From Dehalococcoidia bacterium (GTDB taxonomy: Bacteria > Chloroflexota > Dehalococcoidia > Lucifugimonadales > UBA3495), in NCBI GenBank assembly GCA_965226875.1, contig OZ245439.1, positions 3,271,081 through 3,335,080 on the forward strand: a stretch of DNA of 64,000 nucleotides, in the 5' to 3' direction. The position numbers and the translations under genes were made by a program. Below the pieces are notes generated by a model. The model saw only the letters and a list, made by a program, of their open reading frames with translations, was not told the DNA's origin and made no database searches. Numbering within the stretch: position 1 is the stretch's first letter; every line of letters begins with the position of its first letter. Shown here in pieces: positions 26,709 to 36,157 of the stretch.

Positions 26709-26957
26709 CACAAACGTCACCCCGGCAGTATCTCGTCCGCCGCTTGGCCGGCCCCACTTAATCCGGGGCTGGCCATCATTATTCTCGACTCCGGCGGAAA
26801 GCCCGGATTTACGGCGACTATATTATTCCATTTTCTGTCTTCTTTACGAACATTCTAACCGGAATTCGCCACCCTATTGAAGGTATCCAGGCAATATAAC
26901 GGCTGCCGTTGGCGCTTTATTTTACGTTAAATCTGGCCTGCCTCGCGGTGCGAGTCC

Positions 26958-26985
26958 TTGACAAACGCCTCCCCACGCATATAAT
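26958..26985 (+). promoter_or_regulatory. consensus sigma70-type promoter for the ABC importer operon
   Basis: TTGACA (26958-26963), a 16-nt spacer, then TATAAT (26980-26985), about 98 nt upstream of GTG 27084. Confidence 0.5.
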
Positions 26986-27083
26986 CCGTCCGGCCCTTCG
27001 CACTTGCGCCCGGTGTTGCCAGGCCAAGAGCAGGCCATCTCAGGCCGAGAGTTCTTAACACCCGTGACCTCAAAGGAGAGAGT

Positions 27084-29036
27084 GTGTTTAACCCGAGAAA
27101 GATCCTATCGAGAATTTGGTTTCCATTCCTGATGCTATCGGCCCTGGCGCTGGTAGTGGCCTGCGGCTCATCGGCGACGGAAGCGCCGCCAACCGCTACA
27201 TCAGCGCCCCAGACCACGGCTGCGCCGACGGCGATGGCCGAGCAGCCCACAGCGATGGCCGGGGTGCCTACGGCAATGGCCGAGCAGCCCACCGCGAGGG
27301 CTGAGCAGCCCACACCGGCTCCAACATCCACCCCCAGGCCGGCGCCGACCAGGGTGGTGGAGACGACCCACCAGCCGGAAGGAGTGATGAACTACGCGGT
27401 CAAAGAGACCGGCGTGTTCGAGGGGCACCCGCGGTTTATGTCCAGCCCCCGTGTTCAGTACTCCGCCGTGAGTTTCGGGGAGTCAATGGTTGCCATCCAG
27501 CCCGATCTCTCGCCTGGCCCGTTGCTGGCCGCCGAGTGGAACATCTCCGACGACGGCCAGTTTTGGACTTTCAGAGTCCGGGATGACGTGGAGTTCCATC
27601 ACAAGTGCGGCGAGTCCGGCGACCAGAGCTGCGGCACACTGAACATCCACGACATTCTTTGGAACTACAAGGAATGGTACGAGGGCGCGCTGAACGCCCG
27701 CTCCGGCATCATTGGCGACTTCTGGGTTGGCAAGAAGGGCGGCTCCCAGACGGTGATCGACAATTACACCGTGGAGATAGACACCGGCGAGCCCTGGCTC
27801 CGGGAGCGAGCTTTCGAGTTCATGCGCCATCTGGGCGGCGTCAGCACCACCATCGTCAGCAGGCAGCAGACGCAGGAGTTGGTGGAAACCGCCGGAGGCA
27901 GCATGGACGACACCACCACTGCTGAGTACGAAGCAGGTGCCAAAGGGGCCAGCAAGAACATCTCCGCCACCGGCCCCTGGGAAATAATCGGACCTACCAA
28001 CGACAGCAGCGTCTGGCGCTTCAAGGCCGTGGAAAACCACTGGCGGCAGACCCCCTACTTCGCGGAATTCAATATGAGGTCCATCCCCGAGGAGGCAACG
28101 CGAGTAGCAGCCTTCCAGACCGGTGAGTTGGACATCATGGAGATGGCGTTCGACTCTTTGGCTGCGGTGAAAGCCGTGGAAGGCACGGAAATCGTCGCCT
28201 GGCCCTTTGCCACTCAGTCCGGGTTGAACATTTACGGCCAGACCTACGGCCTGGACAGGGAGGGAAATCCCTACCAGCATCTTGACTGCAACAACGCCTG
28301 GGTGTCCTGCAATGAAGACCCCACCTCGGAAGAGTGGCTGAACTCCGTCAAGGTCAAGAAGGCCATGTCCGTGGCCATCAACCGGCAGGAGATTGTCGAT
28401 ACCATTTTCTCCGGTTTTGGCGCACCCCTGTACATGAGGGACTGGATGGGGCACGAGGCCAAGGCAGACCCGCGTTGGACCTTTGAGTATGACCCGGATC
28501 TGGCCCGGCAATTGCTGGCGGAAGCCGGTTACGGCCCTGACAACAAGTTCAGTATCACCCTCGCCACTGCCATACGCGGTAGGCCAGGTGAAGTTGAGGC
28601 TTGTGAGGCCGTGTCGGGCTATTGGCAAGAAGTCGGCATTGACGTCGACCTCCAGCGAATTCCCTACGCCACCATCCGCCCGGAGTTGATTAACCGTGTA
28701 TATCAGGGCGCAACCTGCCACAGCCTCAGCGGACGCCTGACCCCGGGCATCGGGGCCTCCAACTACGTCGCTGAGTCCACCTTCAGCTACGGCACGGAAC
28801 ACCCGTGGATGCAGGAAAACATCACCGACCTACTGGGCGAGACCAACCCGGTTCAAGTCACTGAGAAGGAGCGCAAGGTCTACGGCTGGATGTATGACAA
28901 CGTCATGGCCTTCGCCATCTACTCTGTTGACGGAATCTGGCCTGTCGGCAAGCGGCTCGATCACAACTGGCGGCCCATAGACTTCAGCGAAGTCTCGTCG
29001 CCCTCCGGCTTCGAGTACATCAAGCACCGTCAGTAG
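27084..29036 (+). CDS. ABC transporter substrate-binding lipoprotein, family 5 (Opp/Dpp/Nik-type)
   Basis: Lipobox LALVVAC, then a Pro/Thr/Ala linker. The body is typical of family-5 SBPs. GTG start with AAGGAGAG upstream. Confidence 0.85.
   Translation: MFNPRKILSRIWFPFLMLSALALVVACGSSATEAPPTATSAPQTTAAPTAMAEQPTAMAGVPTAMAEQPTARAEQPTPAPTSTPRPAPTRVVETTHQPEGVMNYAVKETGVFEGHPRFMSSPRVQYSAVSFGESMVAIQPDLSPGPLLAAEWNISDDGQFWTFRVRDDVEFHHKCGESGDQSCGTLNIHDILWNYKEWYEGALNARSGIIGDFWVGKKGGSQTVIDNYTVEIDTGEPWLRERAFEFMRHLGGVSTTIVSRQQTQELVETAGGSMDDTTTAEYEAGAKGASKNISATGPWEIIGPTNDSSVWRFKAVENHWRQTPYFAEFNMRSIPEEATRVAAFQTGELDIMEMAFDSLAAVKAVEGTEIVAWPFATQSGLNIYGQTYGLDREGNPYQHLDCNNAWVSCNEDPTSEEWLNSVKVKKAMSVAINRQEIVDTIFSGFGAPLYMRDWMGHEAKADPRWTFEYDPDLARQLLAEAGYGPDNKFSITLATAIRGRPGEVEACEAVSGYWQEVGIDVDLQRIPYATIRPELINRVYQGATCHSLSGRLTPGIGASNYVAESTFSYGTEHPWMQENITDLLGETNPVQVTEKERKVYGWMYDNVMAFAIYSVDGIWPVGKRLDHNWRPIDFSEVSSPSGFEYIKHRQ
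27225..27308 (+). repeat. in-frame 21-bp tandem repeat x4 (PTAMAEQ / PTAMAGV / PTAMAEQ / PTARAEQ)
   Basis: Units at 27225, 27246, 27267 and 27288, read directly. They lie in the linker after the lipobox Cys. Confidence 0.9.
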
Positions 29037-29043
29037 GAATACA

Positions 29044-29074
29044 GGCAGGGACGGGTTTCAGACCCGTCCCTGCC
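29044..29074 (+). promoter_or_regulatory. perfect 13-bp-stem hairpin between the SBP and permease genes
   Basis: GGCAGGGACGGGT-TTCAG-ACCCGTCCCTGCC, 8 nt after the SBP stop, with no U-tract. Confidence 0.5.
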
Positions 29075-29257
29075 ATAAGCTCCGTCCGAAACGGGATATG
29101 CCGGGCCAAGGGCCTCCCACGGGTGGCCTCCCGGTACTCAAGAACGTCCTGATATAGATAAATTGGCTTCCTGCCTGTACCTTTACTGGCTATAGTGTCA
29201 TATCGCATATAATCATATTCATTCCGTCAAAAGTCTTTGCTTGCGATTTAGGGTGTC

Positions 29258-30175
29258 ATGCAAAAATTCCTAGTCCGCCGGTTGGTTCTTGCCGTCGTCA
29301 CCCTCTTGGCTGTCTCGCTGATCATTTTTATACTAAGCAGGTCCGCGGGCGATCCGGTTTCCCTCATGCTGGACGAATACTCCACGCAGGAGGATATTGA
29401 CCGGATGATGGCGAAACTGGGAACCGACAAGCCGTACTATCAGCAGTATTTCCTATTCCTTGGGGACGCCGTCCGGGGAGATCTGGGAAATTCAATCAAA
29501 GAAGGCCGCCCGGTAAGGGATGTCATCCTGGAGCGTCTTCCGGCCACACTGTACCTGGGGCTGACGGCTTTCATAGTTTCCTTGCTGGTTGGCATTCCGC
29601 TGGGAATACTGTCATCCATCAAGCGAGGGAGCTTGATTGACCAGGTTGGAAAAGTAGTCGCACTGCTGGGCCAGTCGGCGCCGCCCTTCTGGCTTGGCAT
29701 AATGCTGATCATTTTCTTTTCCGTCTCCCTGAGATTTTTCCCGACTTCCGGACGGGAGAACTGGGACAGCATCGTCCTGCCGGCGGTCACCCTGGGCTGG
29801 TTTTACGCTGCGGCCAATCTGCGGCTAGTGCGATCAGCGATGCTGGACGTGCTGGACTCGGAGTACATTAAGCTGGCCCGGGCCAAGGGTGTGCCGTACT
29901 GGAGCGTCGTGCTGCGCCACGCCTTCCGTAACGCCTTGATACCGCCCCTGACCTTCGCCGGCGTTACCCTGGGCGCGCTGGTAACCGGGTCACTGGTGGT
30001 GGAAACGGTGTTCGCTTGGCCCGGCCTGGGCAAGCTGGCGATAGACGCGCTCTTCGCCTTCGACTACCCGTTGCTTCAAGGGGTGGTGGTCGTCTTCACG
30101 CTGCTATATGTCCTAGTCGCTTTCCTTGTGGACGTGCTTTACGCCTATATAGACCCCCGCATACGCTACGCATAG
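29258..30175 (+). CDS. ABC transporter permease (DppB/OppB-like)
   Basis: 305 aa with multiple TM spans and the EAA-like region SEYIKLARAKGVP. Confidence 0.9.
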   Translation: MQKFLVRRLVLAVVTLLAVSLIIFILSRSAGDPVSLMLDEYSTQEDIDRMMAKLGTDKPYYQQYFLFLGDAVRGDLGNSIKEGRPVRDVILERLPATLYLGLTAFIVSLLVGIPLGILSSIKRGSLIDQVGKVVALLGQSAPPFWLGIMLIIFFSVSLRFFPTSGRENWDSIVLPAVTLGWFYAAANLRLVRSAMLDVLDSEYIKLARAKGVPYWSVVLRHAFRNALIPPLTFAGVTLGALVTGSLVVETVFAWPGLGKLAIDALFAFDYPLLQGVVVVFTLLYVLVAFLVDVLYAYIDPRIRYA

Positions 30176-30192
30176 GAAGGGAAGGGCGCGCC

Positions 30193-31260
30193 ATGGCGAT
30201 CAACACAACAACCGAAATTTTCACTCCGCGCGGCAACGGTATTGGCGTGCGGCTGGTCGGGATTTATCGCGCCTTTCGGCACTGGCCGGTGATTCCGGTG
30301 TTTCTGCTGGGGCTGGTGCTTTTCGCCGGCATTGCCGCGCCCTTGATCTCGCCCCACGACCCCAACAAGCAGTCACTACCCGAGAGAAGGTTGCCGCCCT
30401 TCTGGTATGAAGCCAGAACGGAAAACGTCACCAGAACTGTGGTACAGCGGGTTCTACCCGGACAAGATGCCCGAATATCCTTGGCGGATGCCCAGGCGAT
30501 AAACCCTGACATCCAGATTGGCGATAGCATCGAAGCCCTCAATGTAACTCGTGCAGGAGGCAGCAGCAAATTCCTGCTAGGCACCGACCAGCTTGGGCGA
30601 GACATACTTTCCCGCATCATCTACGGAGCCCGGATTTCCCTGCTGGCCGCTGTGGTGACTCTCGGCATCGGCGGGTCCTTCGGCGTACTGCTTGGGCTGG
30701 TGGCCGGTTGGTACGGCGGAGTGGTGGACGAAACAATAATGCGGTTCGTGGACATCCTGCTCGCCATCCCTCTGGTCTTGATCGCCCTGGCAATGGTGGC
30801 CACCCTGGGAACTTCGTTAGGTATTATTGTCGCAGTGCTGACCATATTCATCTGGCCGCGCTTCGCCCGCCAGTTGCGGGGCGAGGTGTTGCAGCTGAAA
30901 AACATGGACTACGTGGCGTTGGCCAAGGTGGCCGGGGCCTCCACTCCGCGGATTTTGTTTGTTCACATATTTCCTGGGACGATTAACACCCTGATTGTGG
31001 TGGCAACCCTCCAGGTGGGAATAGTGATACTGCTGGAAGCCACATTGAGCTTCCTCGGCGCCGGCGTGCCGCCGCCAACTGCCACTTGGGGAGGTATGGT
31101 GGCGGACGGACGAAACCATCTGGCCGGGGGGTTCCAGACCGGCTCATGGTGGATTTCCACCTTCCCCGGCGTCGCCATCGTGCTCACCGTTATGTCGCTC
31201 AACCTATTTGGCGACTGGCTCCGAGACAAGCTCGACCCGCGCCTGCGCCAAATAGAGTAA
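30193..31260 (+). CDS. ABC transporter permease (DppC/OppC-like)
   Basis: ATG 30193 inside ORF 30016-31260. Contains LGTDQLGRDILSRIIYGAR and MDYVALAKVAGAS, with a long periplasmic insert after TM1. Confidence 0.9.
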   Translation: MAINTTTEIFTPRGNGIGVRLVGIYRAFRHWPVIPVFLLGLVLFAGIAAPLISPHDPNKQSLPERRLPPFWYEARTENVTRTVVQRVLPGQDARISLADAQAINPDIQIGDSIEALNVTRAGGSSKFLLGTDQLGRDILSRIIYGARISLLAAVVTLGIGGSFGVLLGLVAGWYGGVVDETIMRFVDILLAIPLVLIALAMVATLGTSLGIIVAVLTIFIWPRFARQLRGEVLQLKNMDYVALAKVAGASTPRILFVHIFPGTINTLIVVATLQVGIVILLEATLSFLGAGVPPPTATWGGMVADGRNHLAGGFQTGSWWISTFPGVAIVLTVMSLNLFGDWLRDKLDPRLRQIE

Positions 31261-31344
31261 AATAGGGCAGCGGCGATTAAAGACTGCGGGCGCAAAGAAG
31301 GCCAGATCAATTCCCGGTGTTCTCTGCGCCCCCTGTGTTTTAGC

Positions 31345-31408
31345 CAACCCGTTTTATGCAACCCGTTTTATGCAACCCGTTTTTTCCAACCCGTTTTATC
31401 CAACCCAA
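31345..31408 (+). repeat. 14-bp tandem repeat CAACCCGTTTTATG x about 4.5
   Basis: Copies start at 31345, 31359, 31373, 31387 and 31401 (partial), ending about 10 nt before the ATG at 31419. Confidence 0.9.
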
Positions 31409-31418
31409 GGGGTTGAAC

Positions 31419-32408
31419 ATGGCTACCGAAGTGGCAACCGAACGCGAAGTAGTTCTCCAGGTGGACGATCTGCGGACCTATTTCCAGACCCGCTGGGGAA
31501 CGGTCAAGGCGGTGGACGGCATCAGCTTCGACCTGCGCCGGGGAGAGACGCTGGGCATCGTCGGCGAGTCCGGCTCGGGCAAATCGGTGACCATGCTGTC
31601 GCTGATGCGCCTCATCCCCATGCCTCCCGGACGCATCGTATCCGGCAGCATAATGCTGGACGGCGAAAACCTGTTGCAGCTCTCCGACAGCGAGATGAAC
31701 AAGGTGCGGGGCAGCAAGATAGCCCTCATCATCCAAGACCCGATGACTTCGCTCAACCCGGTTTTCACCATCGGCAATCAGGTATCAGAAGCCATCGCCA
31801 TCCACCAGAACATTCCGAAGCGGTCGATCAAGGAGCAGGCCCTATCGATGCTGCGGAAGGTGAACATCCCTGCCGCCGAGTCGAGGATGCGCGACTACCC
31901 CCACCAGATGAGCGGCGGCATGAGGCAGCGGGTCGTGGGAGCTATCGGCATATCCTGCCAGCCCCAGGTGCTCATCGCCGACGAGCCGACCACTTCGCTG
32001 GACGTCACCATTCAGGCCCAGTACCTCGCGCTGCTCAAGGAATTGCAGCGGGACTCCAACGTGGGCCTGATCTTCATCACCCACGACTTTGGCATCGTTG
32101 CCAAGATGTGCGACCGCGTGGCGGTGATGTACGCCGGGCGCATCGTGGAGCAGGGCAGCGTGCGCGACATTTTCAATCGCCCGTCCCACCCCTACACCGA
32201 GGCGCTGCTGGCTTCGGTGCCCAAGATGGAGGAGGACGTCGATCGGCTGTACTCTATCGAGGGCCAGCCCCCCACGCTGCACGACCTGCCCACCGGCTGC
32301 CCCTTCGCGCCCCGGTGCAATTACGTAATGGACCATTGCCGCGAGGAATACCCCACTCGAACTACGGTAAGCGAGGGCCACTTCGCTTCCTGCTGGCGGT
32401 TGAACTGA
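31419..32408 (+). CDS. ABC transporter ATP-binding protein (DppD/OppD-like)
   Basis: Walker A GESGSGKS, signature MSGGMRQR, Walker [12 protein letters not shown] and a C-terminal oligopeptide-type extension CPFAPRC. Confidence 0.9.
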   Translation: MATEVATEREVVLQVDDLRTYFQTRWGTVKAVDGISFDLRRGETLGIVGESGSGKSVTMLSLMRLIPMPPGRIVSGSIMLDGENLLQLSDSEMNKVRGSKIALIIQDPMTSLNPVFTIGNQVSEAIAIHQNIPKRSIKEQALSMLRKVNIPAAESRMRDYPHQMSGGMRQRVVGAIGISCQPQVLIADEPTTSLDVTIQAQYLALLKELQRDSNVGLIFITHDFGIVAKMCDRVAVMYAGRIVEQGSVRDIFNRPSHPYTEALLASVPKMEEDVDRLYSIEGQPPTLHDLPTGCPFAPRCNYVMDHCREEYPTRTTVSEGHFASCWRLN

Positions 32409-32409
32409 T

Positions 32410-33438
32410 ATGACAACTGCAAACGTAATTTCTCCGGAAAACACTTCCAGCGGTTCCGTCTCCGTGGACAGGGGCGCCCCGCTGCTGGAAGCCGTCGGGC
32501 TGAAGAAGCACTTCCCGGTTACCAAGGGACTGCTCATCAGCAAGATCACCGGCCATATCAAGGCGGTGGACGGCGTGTCCTTCCAGTTGTGGCCCGGCGA
32601 GACTCTGGGAGTCGTCGGTGAGTCGGGCTGCGGCAAAAGCACCACCGCCAAGATGATGCTGATGCTGGAAGAGCCTACGGAAGGATCCATTCGCTTCGAA
32701 GGAAAGGAGGTAAGGGACGGCGACCCTGAGACTCGCCGGGAGTACCGGCGGTCGGTGCAGGCGGTGTTCCAGGACCCGTGGAGCTCCCTCAACCCCCGGA
32801 TGCGGGTGCGCGACCTCATCGCCGAGCCCATGGTCATCAACTGGGACATGGGCCGCGGCGAAATACAGGAGCGGGTGCTCAAGCTGCTAAACGACGTGGG
32901 CCTCAGCGCCTATCACGCCAACCTGTACCCGCACGAGTTCTCCGGCGGGCAGCGTCAGCGTCTGGCCATCGCCCGCGCCCTGTCCCTCAACCCCAAGGTC
33001 ATCGTGCTGGACGAGCCGGTTTCGGCGCTGGACGTGTCCATCCGCGCCCAGATAATGAACCTGCTGAAGGACCTCCAAGCCGAATACAACGTGAGCTATA
33101 TGCTCATCGCCCACCACCTGGCCACGGTGCGCTATATGTGTACCTGGGTGGCAGTAATGTACTTGGGGCGCATCGTCGAGCTGTCCCCGGTGAAGGACCT
33201 GTTCGTGAACCCGTTGCACCCCTACACCAAGGCGCTGATGTCGGCGGCCCTGCCCTCGCACCCGGACATCGCTCAGGACGAGATGATACTGGCCGGCGAG
33301 GTGCCATCGCCCCTGAACCCCCCGACGGGCTGCCACTTCCACACCCGCTGCCCCTTCGTCATGGACCGTTGCAGCATGGAAGACCCCCAGGTCAAGGAAG
33401 TAGCGCCGAGCCATACCGTCGCCTGCCACCTGTTTTAG
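32410..33438 (+). CDS. ABC transporter ATP-binding protein (DppF/OppF-like)
   Basis: GESGCGKST, FSGGQRQR, IVLDEPVSALD and CHFHTRCP. Confidence 0.9.
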   Translation: MTTANVISPENTSSGSVSVDRGAPLLEAVGLKKHFPVTKGLLISKITGHIKAVDGVSFQLWPGETLGVVGESGCGKSTTAKMMLMLEEPTEGSIRFEGKEVRDGDPETRREYRRSVQAVFQDPWSSLNPRMRVRDLIAEPMVINWDMGRGEIQERVLKLLNDVGLSAYHANLYPHEFSGGQRQRLAIARALSLNPKVIVLDEPVSALDVSIRAQIMNLLKDLQAEYNVSYMLIAHHLATVRYMCTWVAVMYLGRIVELSPVKDLFVNPLHPYTKALMSAALPSHPDIAQDEMILAGEVPSPLNPPTGCHFHTRCPFVMDRCSMEDPQVKEVAPSHTVACHLF

Positions 33439-33724
33439 CCGACAAAGAATTGCGGCGGCCACAACAGCCTCCGGTTTCACTGGGGTCAACACAACCAGAG
33501 TCTTTTCGTCGCAGATGTAGGGTGTCCTCAAGTAGCATATTTGGTTGTTGAGCAGGGAGTTTCCGCATCCCTGTTTCCCTCAGGACGATTGCAAAGCCCT
33601 TGAGAGTCCGCTGGTGGTGAACCTTCTTAACCATTGACGGATTCTGAACATCCGTCCTTCGACAGGCTCACCACCAATGGAACCCGGCGACTTTGGACAA
33701 ACCTTGGGTTTCCCTTATGCGATA

Positions 33725-33753
33725 TTGAGACTGGACTGCGTGGGTGCTAGAAT
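33725..33753 (+). promoter_or_regulatory. sigma70-type promoter with extended -10, positioned for a leaderless or near-leaderless transcript
   Basis: TTGAGA (33725-33730), a 17-nt spacer, then TGcTAGAAT (-10 at 33748-33753). The ATG at 33761 is only 7 nt downstream, with no SD. Confidence 0.4.
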
Positions 33754-33760
33754 TTCCGCT

Positions 33761-34570
33761 ATGGCTGAGAAGCATTTGAAGCGCCGCAGTCCGACAATGT
33801 CGCCCGCCCGCATTGCCCGCGCCGTCGAGTTGATGGAGCGGGAGTATGGCCCCTTCGAGGTGGAGCGGCGGCTGCCCCCGGCCGACGAGATGGTATTCAC
33901 CATCCTGTCGCAACATACGTCCGACATCAACTCCGGGCGCGCCTACCACCGGCTGATGGAGCGGTTCGGGACGCTGGAAGGGGTGTCGCGGGCCGACGTT
34001 TCGGCCATCGAAGAGGCCATCGCCCTCGGGGGGCTGGCCAAGGTCAAAGCCCCACGCATCAAGGAAGTCCTCGAAAAGGTACTGGAACTCAACGGCGGCT
34101 CGCTGGACCTGTCCTTCCTGCGGGAGATGCCGCTGGCCGAGGCCAAGGCGTGGCTGCGCCAACTGCCGGGCATCGGCCCCAAGTCCACGGGCATCGTCCT
34201 CAATTTCTCCTTGGGCATGCCGGCCATGGCGATAGACACCCACATCTTCCGGGTGTGCCAGCGTCTCCGGGCCATCGACGCCAAGACCGGAGCCGACAAG
34301 GCCCACGACGTTATGGAAGCCAAGGTGCCGCCTGGGGAAGTGTTCAACTTCCACGTGGCCTTTATCAACCACGGACGGCGGGTCTGCAAGGCGCAGCGGC
34401 CCCTCTGCGGCGAATGCGTCGTGGGTGAGATGTGCCCTTCGCGCAAGGAATTTATGCCGAAATCAGCCGAGGCTGAAGACGGAGCGAAGACAAGCCGGCC
34501 GTCAAAGACCGCCCGGAGCGGCCCCGGCCCGCTTCCCCATGTCCCTCTCCCTTCGGCAAGCACAGTGTAG
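33761..34570 (+). CDS. nth: endonuclease III-family HhH-GPD DNA glycosylase with 4Fe-4S loop
   Basis: LPGIGPKSTGIVL (HhH), AIDTHIFRV and C-x6-C-x2-C-x5-C (CKAQRPLCGECVVGEMC). A low-complexity C-terminal tail follows. Confidence 0.75.
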   Translation: MAEKHLKRRSPTMSPARIARAVELMEREYGPFEVERRLPPADEMVFTILSQHTSDINSGRAYHRLMERFGTLEGVSRADVSAIEEAIALGGLAKVKAPRIKEVLEKVLELNGGSLDLSFLREMPLAEAKAWLRQLPGIGPKSTGIVLNFSLGMPAMAIDTHIFRVCQRLRAIDAKTGADKAHDVMEAKVPPGEVFNFHVAFINHGRRVCKAQRPLCGECVVGEMCPSRKEFMPKSAEAEDGAKTSRPSKTARSGPGPLPHVPLPSASTV

Positions 34571-34651
34571 ACTAGCAGCGTTGAGACCCGTCGGCGCACG
34601 ACAAAACCAGCATCAAAAATCGGCAGGCCAGCGACAAGGAGGGCTAGGAAA

Positions 34652-35683
34652 GTGAAGGTAGGAATCATCAACGTCACTGGATACTCAGGTTCGGAACTGG
34701 CCCGTATTCTGCGCCGCCATCCAGAGGTGGAAATCGCCTCGGTCACCGGCAGGAGCGCTGCCGGCCAGCGTCTCGGCGATGTGTTTCCCCACCTGGACAG
34801 CCTGGACCTGACCATCGAGCCGGAACTGAGCGGCAGCCTGGACCTGGTGTTCTCGGCCCTGCCCCACAAGGCCAGCGCCGAAGCCTGCATCCCGGTGCTG
34901 GAGCAGGGCGTCAAGGTGGTGGACATCAGCGCCGACTTCCGCCTCAAGCAGGCCGACGAATACGAAGAATGGTATGGGGTGACGCACCAAGAGCCTTCGC
35001 TGCTGGAGGAAGCGGTCTATGGCCTGACCGAGCTGCACCGCGAGGAGATCCGGGCGGCGCGGCTGGTGGCCAACCCTGGATGCTATCCCACCAGCGCCAT
35101 CCTGGCCCTGGCCCCGGCGGTGTCTGCCGGCGTCATCAGTCCCGAAATCATCGTGAGCAGCCTGTCCGGCGTATCCGGGGGCGGGCGCAGCCTCACGATG
35201 ACCAATCACTTCTCGGAAGTGAACGAAAACGCCTTCGCCTACGCGGTGAACGGACACCGGCACCTGCCGGAGATAACCCAGGAACTGAACCCGCTGACCT
35301 CCCAGCCGGTGCGGGTGACCTTCCAGGTGCACCTGATTCCGATGACGCGGGGCATTTTTAGCTCATGCTACGCGCCCCTGTCCAACCCCGGCGAATGGGC
35401 GGGCGACGAGGGCAAGCAGCGGCTGGTGGACATTTACCGCGACTATTACGCCGATCATCCTTTCGTCAAGGTGGTTTCCGCCCCGCCGCAGACCAAGCAG
35501 ACGCTGGGCAACAATATGTGCCTCCTGCATCCGGTCATAGACCGCCGCACCGGGCGCCTGATGGTCTTCAGTGTCCTGGACAACCTGGTCAAGGGAGCGG
35601 CAGGCCAGGCGGTCCAGAACATGAACCTGATGTCCGGCTTCCCGGAGGATACGTCGCTGGACGAACTGGCGGTATACCCGTAG
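34652..35683 (+). CDS. argC: N-acetyl-gamma-glutamyl-phosphate reductase
   Basis: VGIINVTGYSGSEL and the active-site NPGCYPTSAILALAP; 343 aa, GTG start. Confidence 0.9.
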   Translation: MKVGIINVTGYSGSELARILRRHPEVEIASVTGRSAAGQRLGDVFPHLDSLDLTIEPELSGSLDLVFSALPHKASAEACIPVLEQGVKVVDISADFRLKQADEYEEWYGVTHQEPSLLEEAVYGLTELHREEIRAARLVANPGCYPTSAILALAPAVSAGVISPEIIVSSLSGVSGGGRSLTMTNHFSEVNENAFAYAVNGHRHLPEITQELNPLTSQPVRVTFQVHLIPMTRGIFSSCYAPLSNPGEWAGDEGKQRLVDIYRDYYADHPFVKVVSAPPQTKQTLGNNMCLLHPVIDRRTGRLMVFSVLDNLVKGAAGQAVQNMNLMSGFPEDTSLDELAVYP

Positions 35684-35726
35684 CACAGGGCGGCGAGGTA
35701 TGCTAAACTCAAAATGTACAGAGCGT

Positions 35727-35804
35727 GCCCCGGTCGTCTAGCCAGGTCAGGATGCCACCCTTTCAAGGTGGAGATCAGGGGATCGAAGCCCCTCCGGGGT
35801 ACCA
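35727..35804 (+). tRNA. tRNA-Glu (anticodon UUC), CCA encoded
   Basis: Hand-folded cloverleaf. Acceptor GCCCCGG/CCGGGGT, D-arm GTCT-AGCCAGGTC-AGGA, and anticodon arm CCACC-CTTTCAA-GGTGG (TTC at positions 34-36). Variable loop AGATC, T-arm AGGGG-ATCGAAG-CCCCT, then A-CCA. Non-canonical G1:U72 and A54. Confidence 0.8.
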
Positions 35805-35839
35805 CTCCTTTCCAAGATTTTTCATAGGGTGAAGTAACT

Positions 35840-36157
35840 ATGAACGCCCAATCCTTCAACATCAGGTTGTCCTATGATGTCTCGTTGCAAGACCGCGGCG
35901 ACCATTGGGCGGCAATAGTCGAGCAGATTGGAACGACTGTCTACGCACAGGATGAGCAGGCCGCGTTGAAGCGGGCAGATGAGATGGTTCAGTTTATAGT
36001 CTCGTCCTTCAACAAGTACGCGACACTGGATGATTTCCGCGAGTATATGGACAGCCACGGACTCCAGCATACCATTACCAAGGCAGTAGGTGCGGAAAAC
36101 TATGACTTGGGGTGGTTCAGCCCTTATCGAAGGGAGGGTGCTTTTGCCTTTGCCTAG
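35840..36157 (+). CDS. hypothetical protein, weak HicB-N-terminal-like pattern
   Basis: 105-aa ORF immediately after the tRNA. YDVSLQDRGDHWAAIVEQIGTTVYAQDEQAALKRADEMVQFIV is reminiscent of the UPF0150/HicB antitoxin fold. Confidence 0.35.
   Translation: MNAQSFNIRLSYDVSLQDRGDHWAAIVEQIGTTVYAQDEQAALKRADEMVQFIVSSFNKYATLDDFREYMDSHGLQHTITKAVGAENYDLGWFSPYRREGAFAFA

Noticed and set aside
31345-31408. A possible CRISPR array or mini-array (also considered for 61269-61308 and 27225-27308).
   Set aside because: The units are 10-21 bp and directly abutting with no spacers, and no cas genes are present. These are plain tandem repeats.
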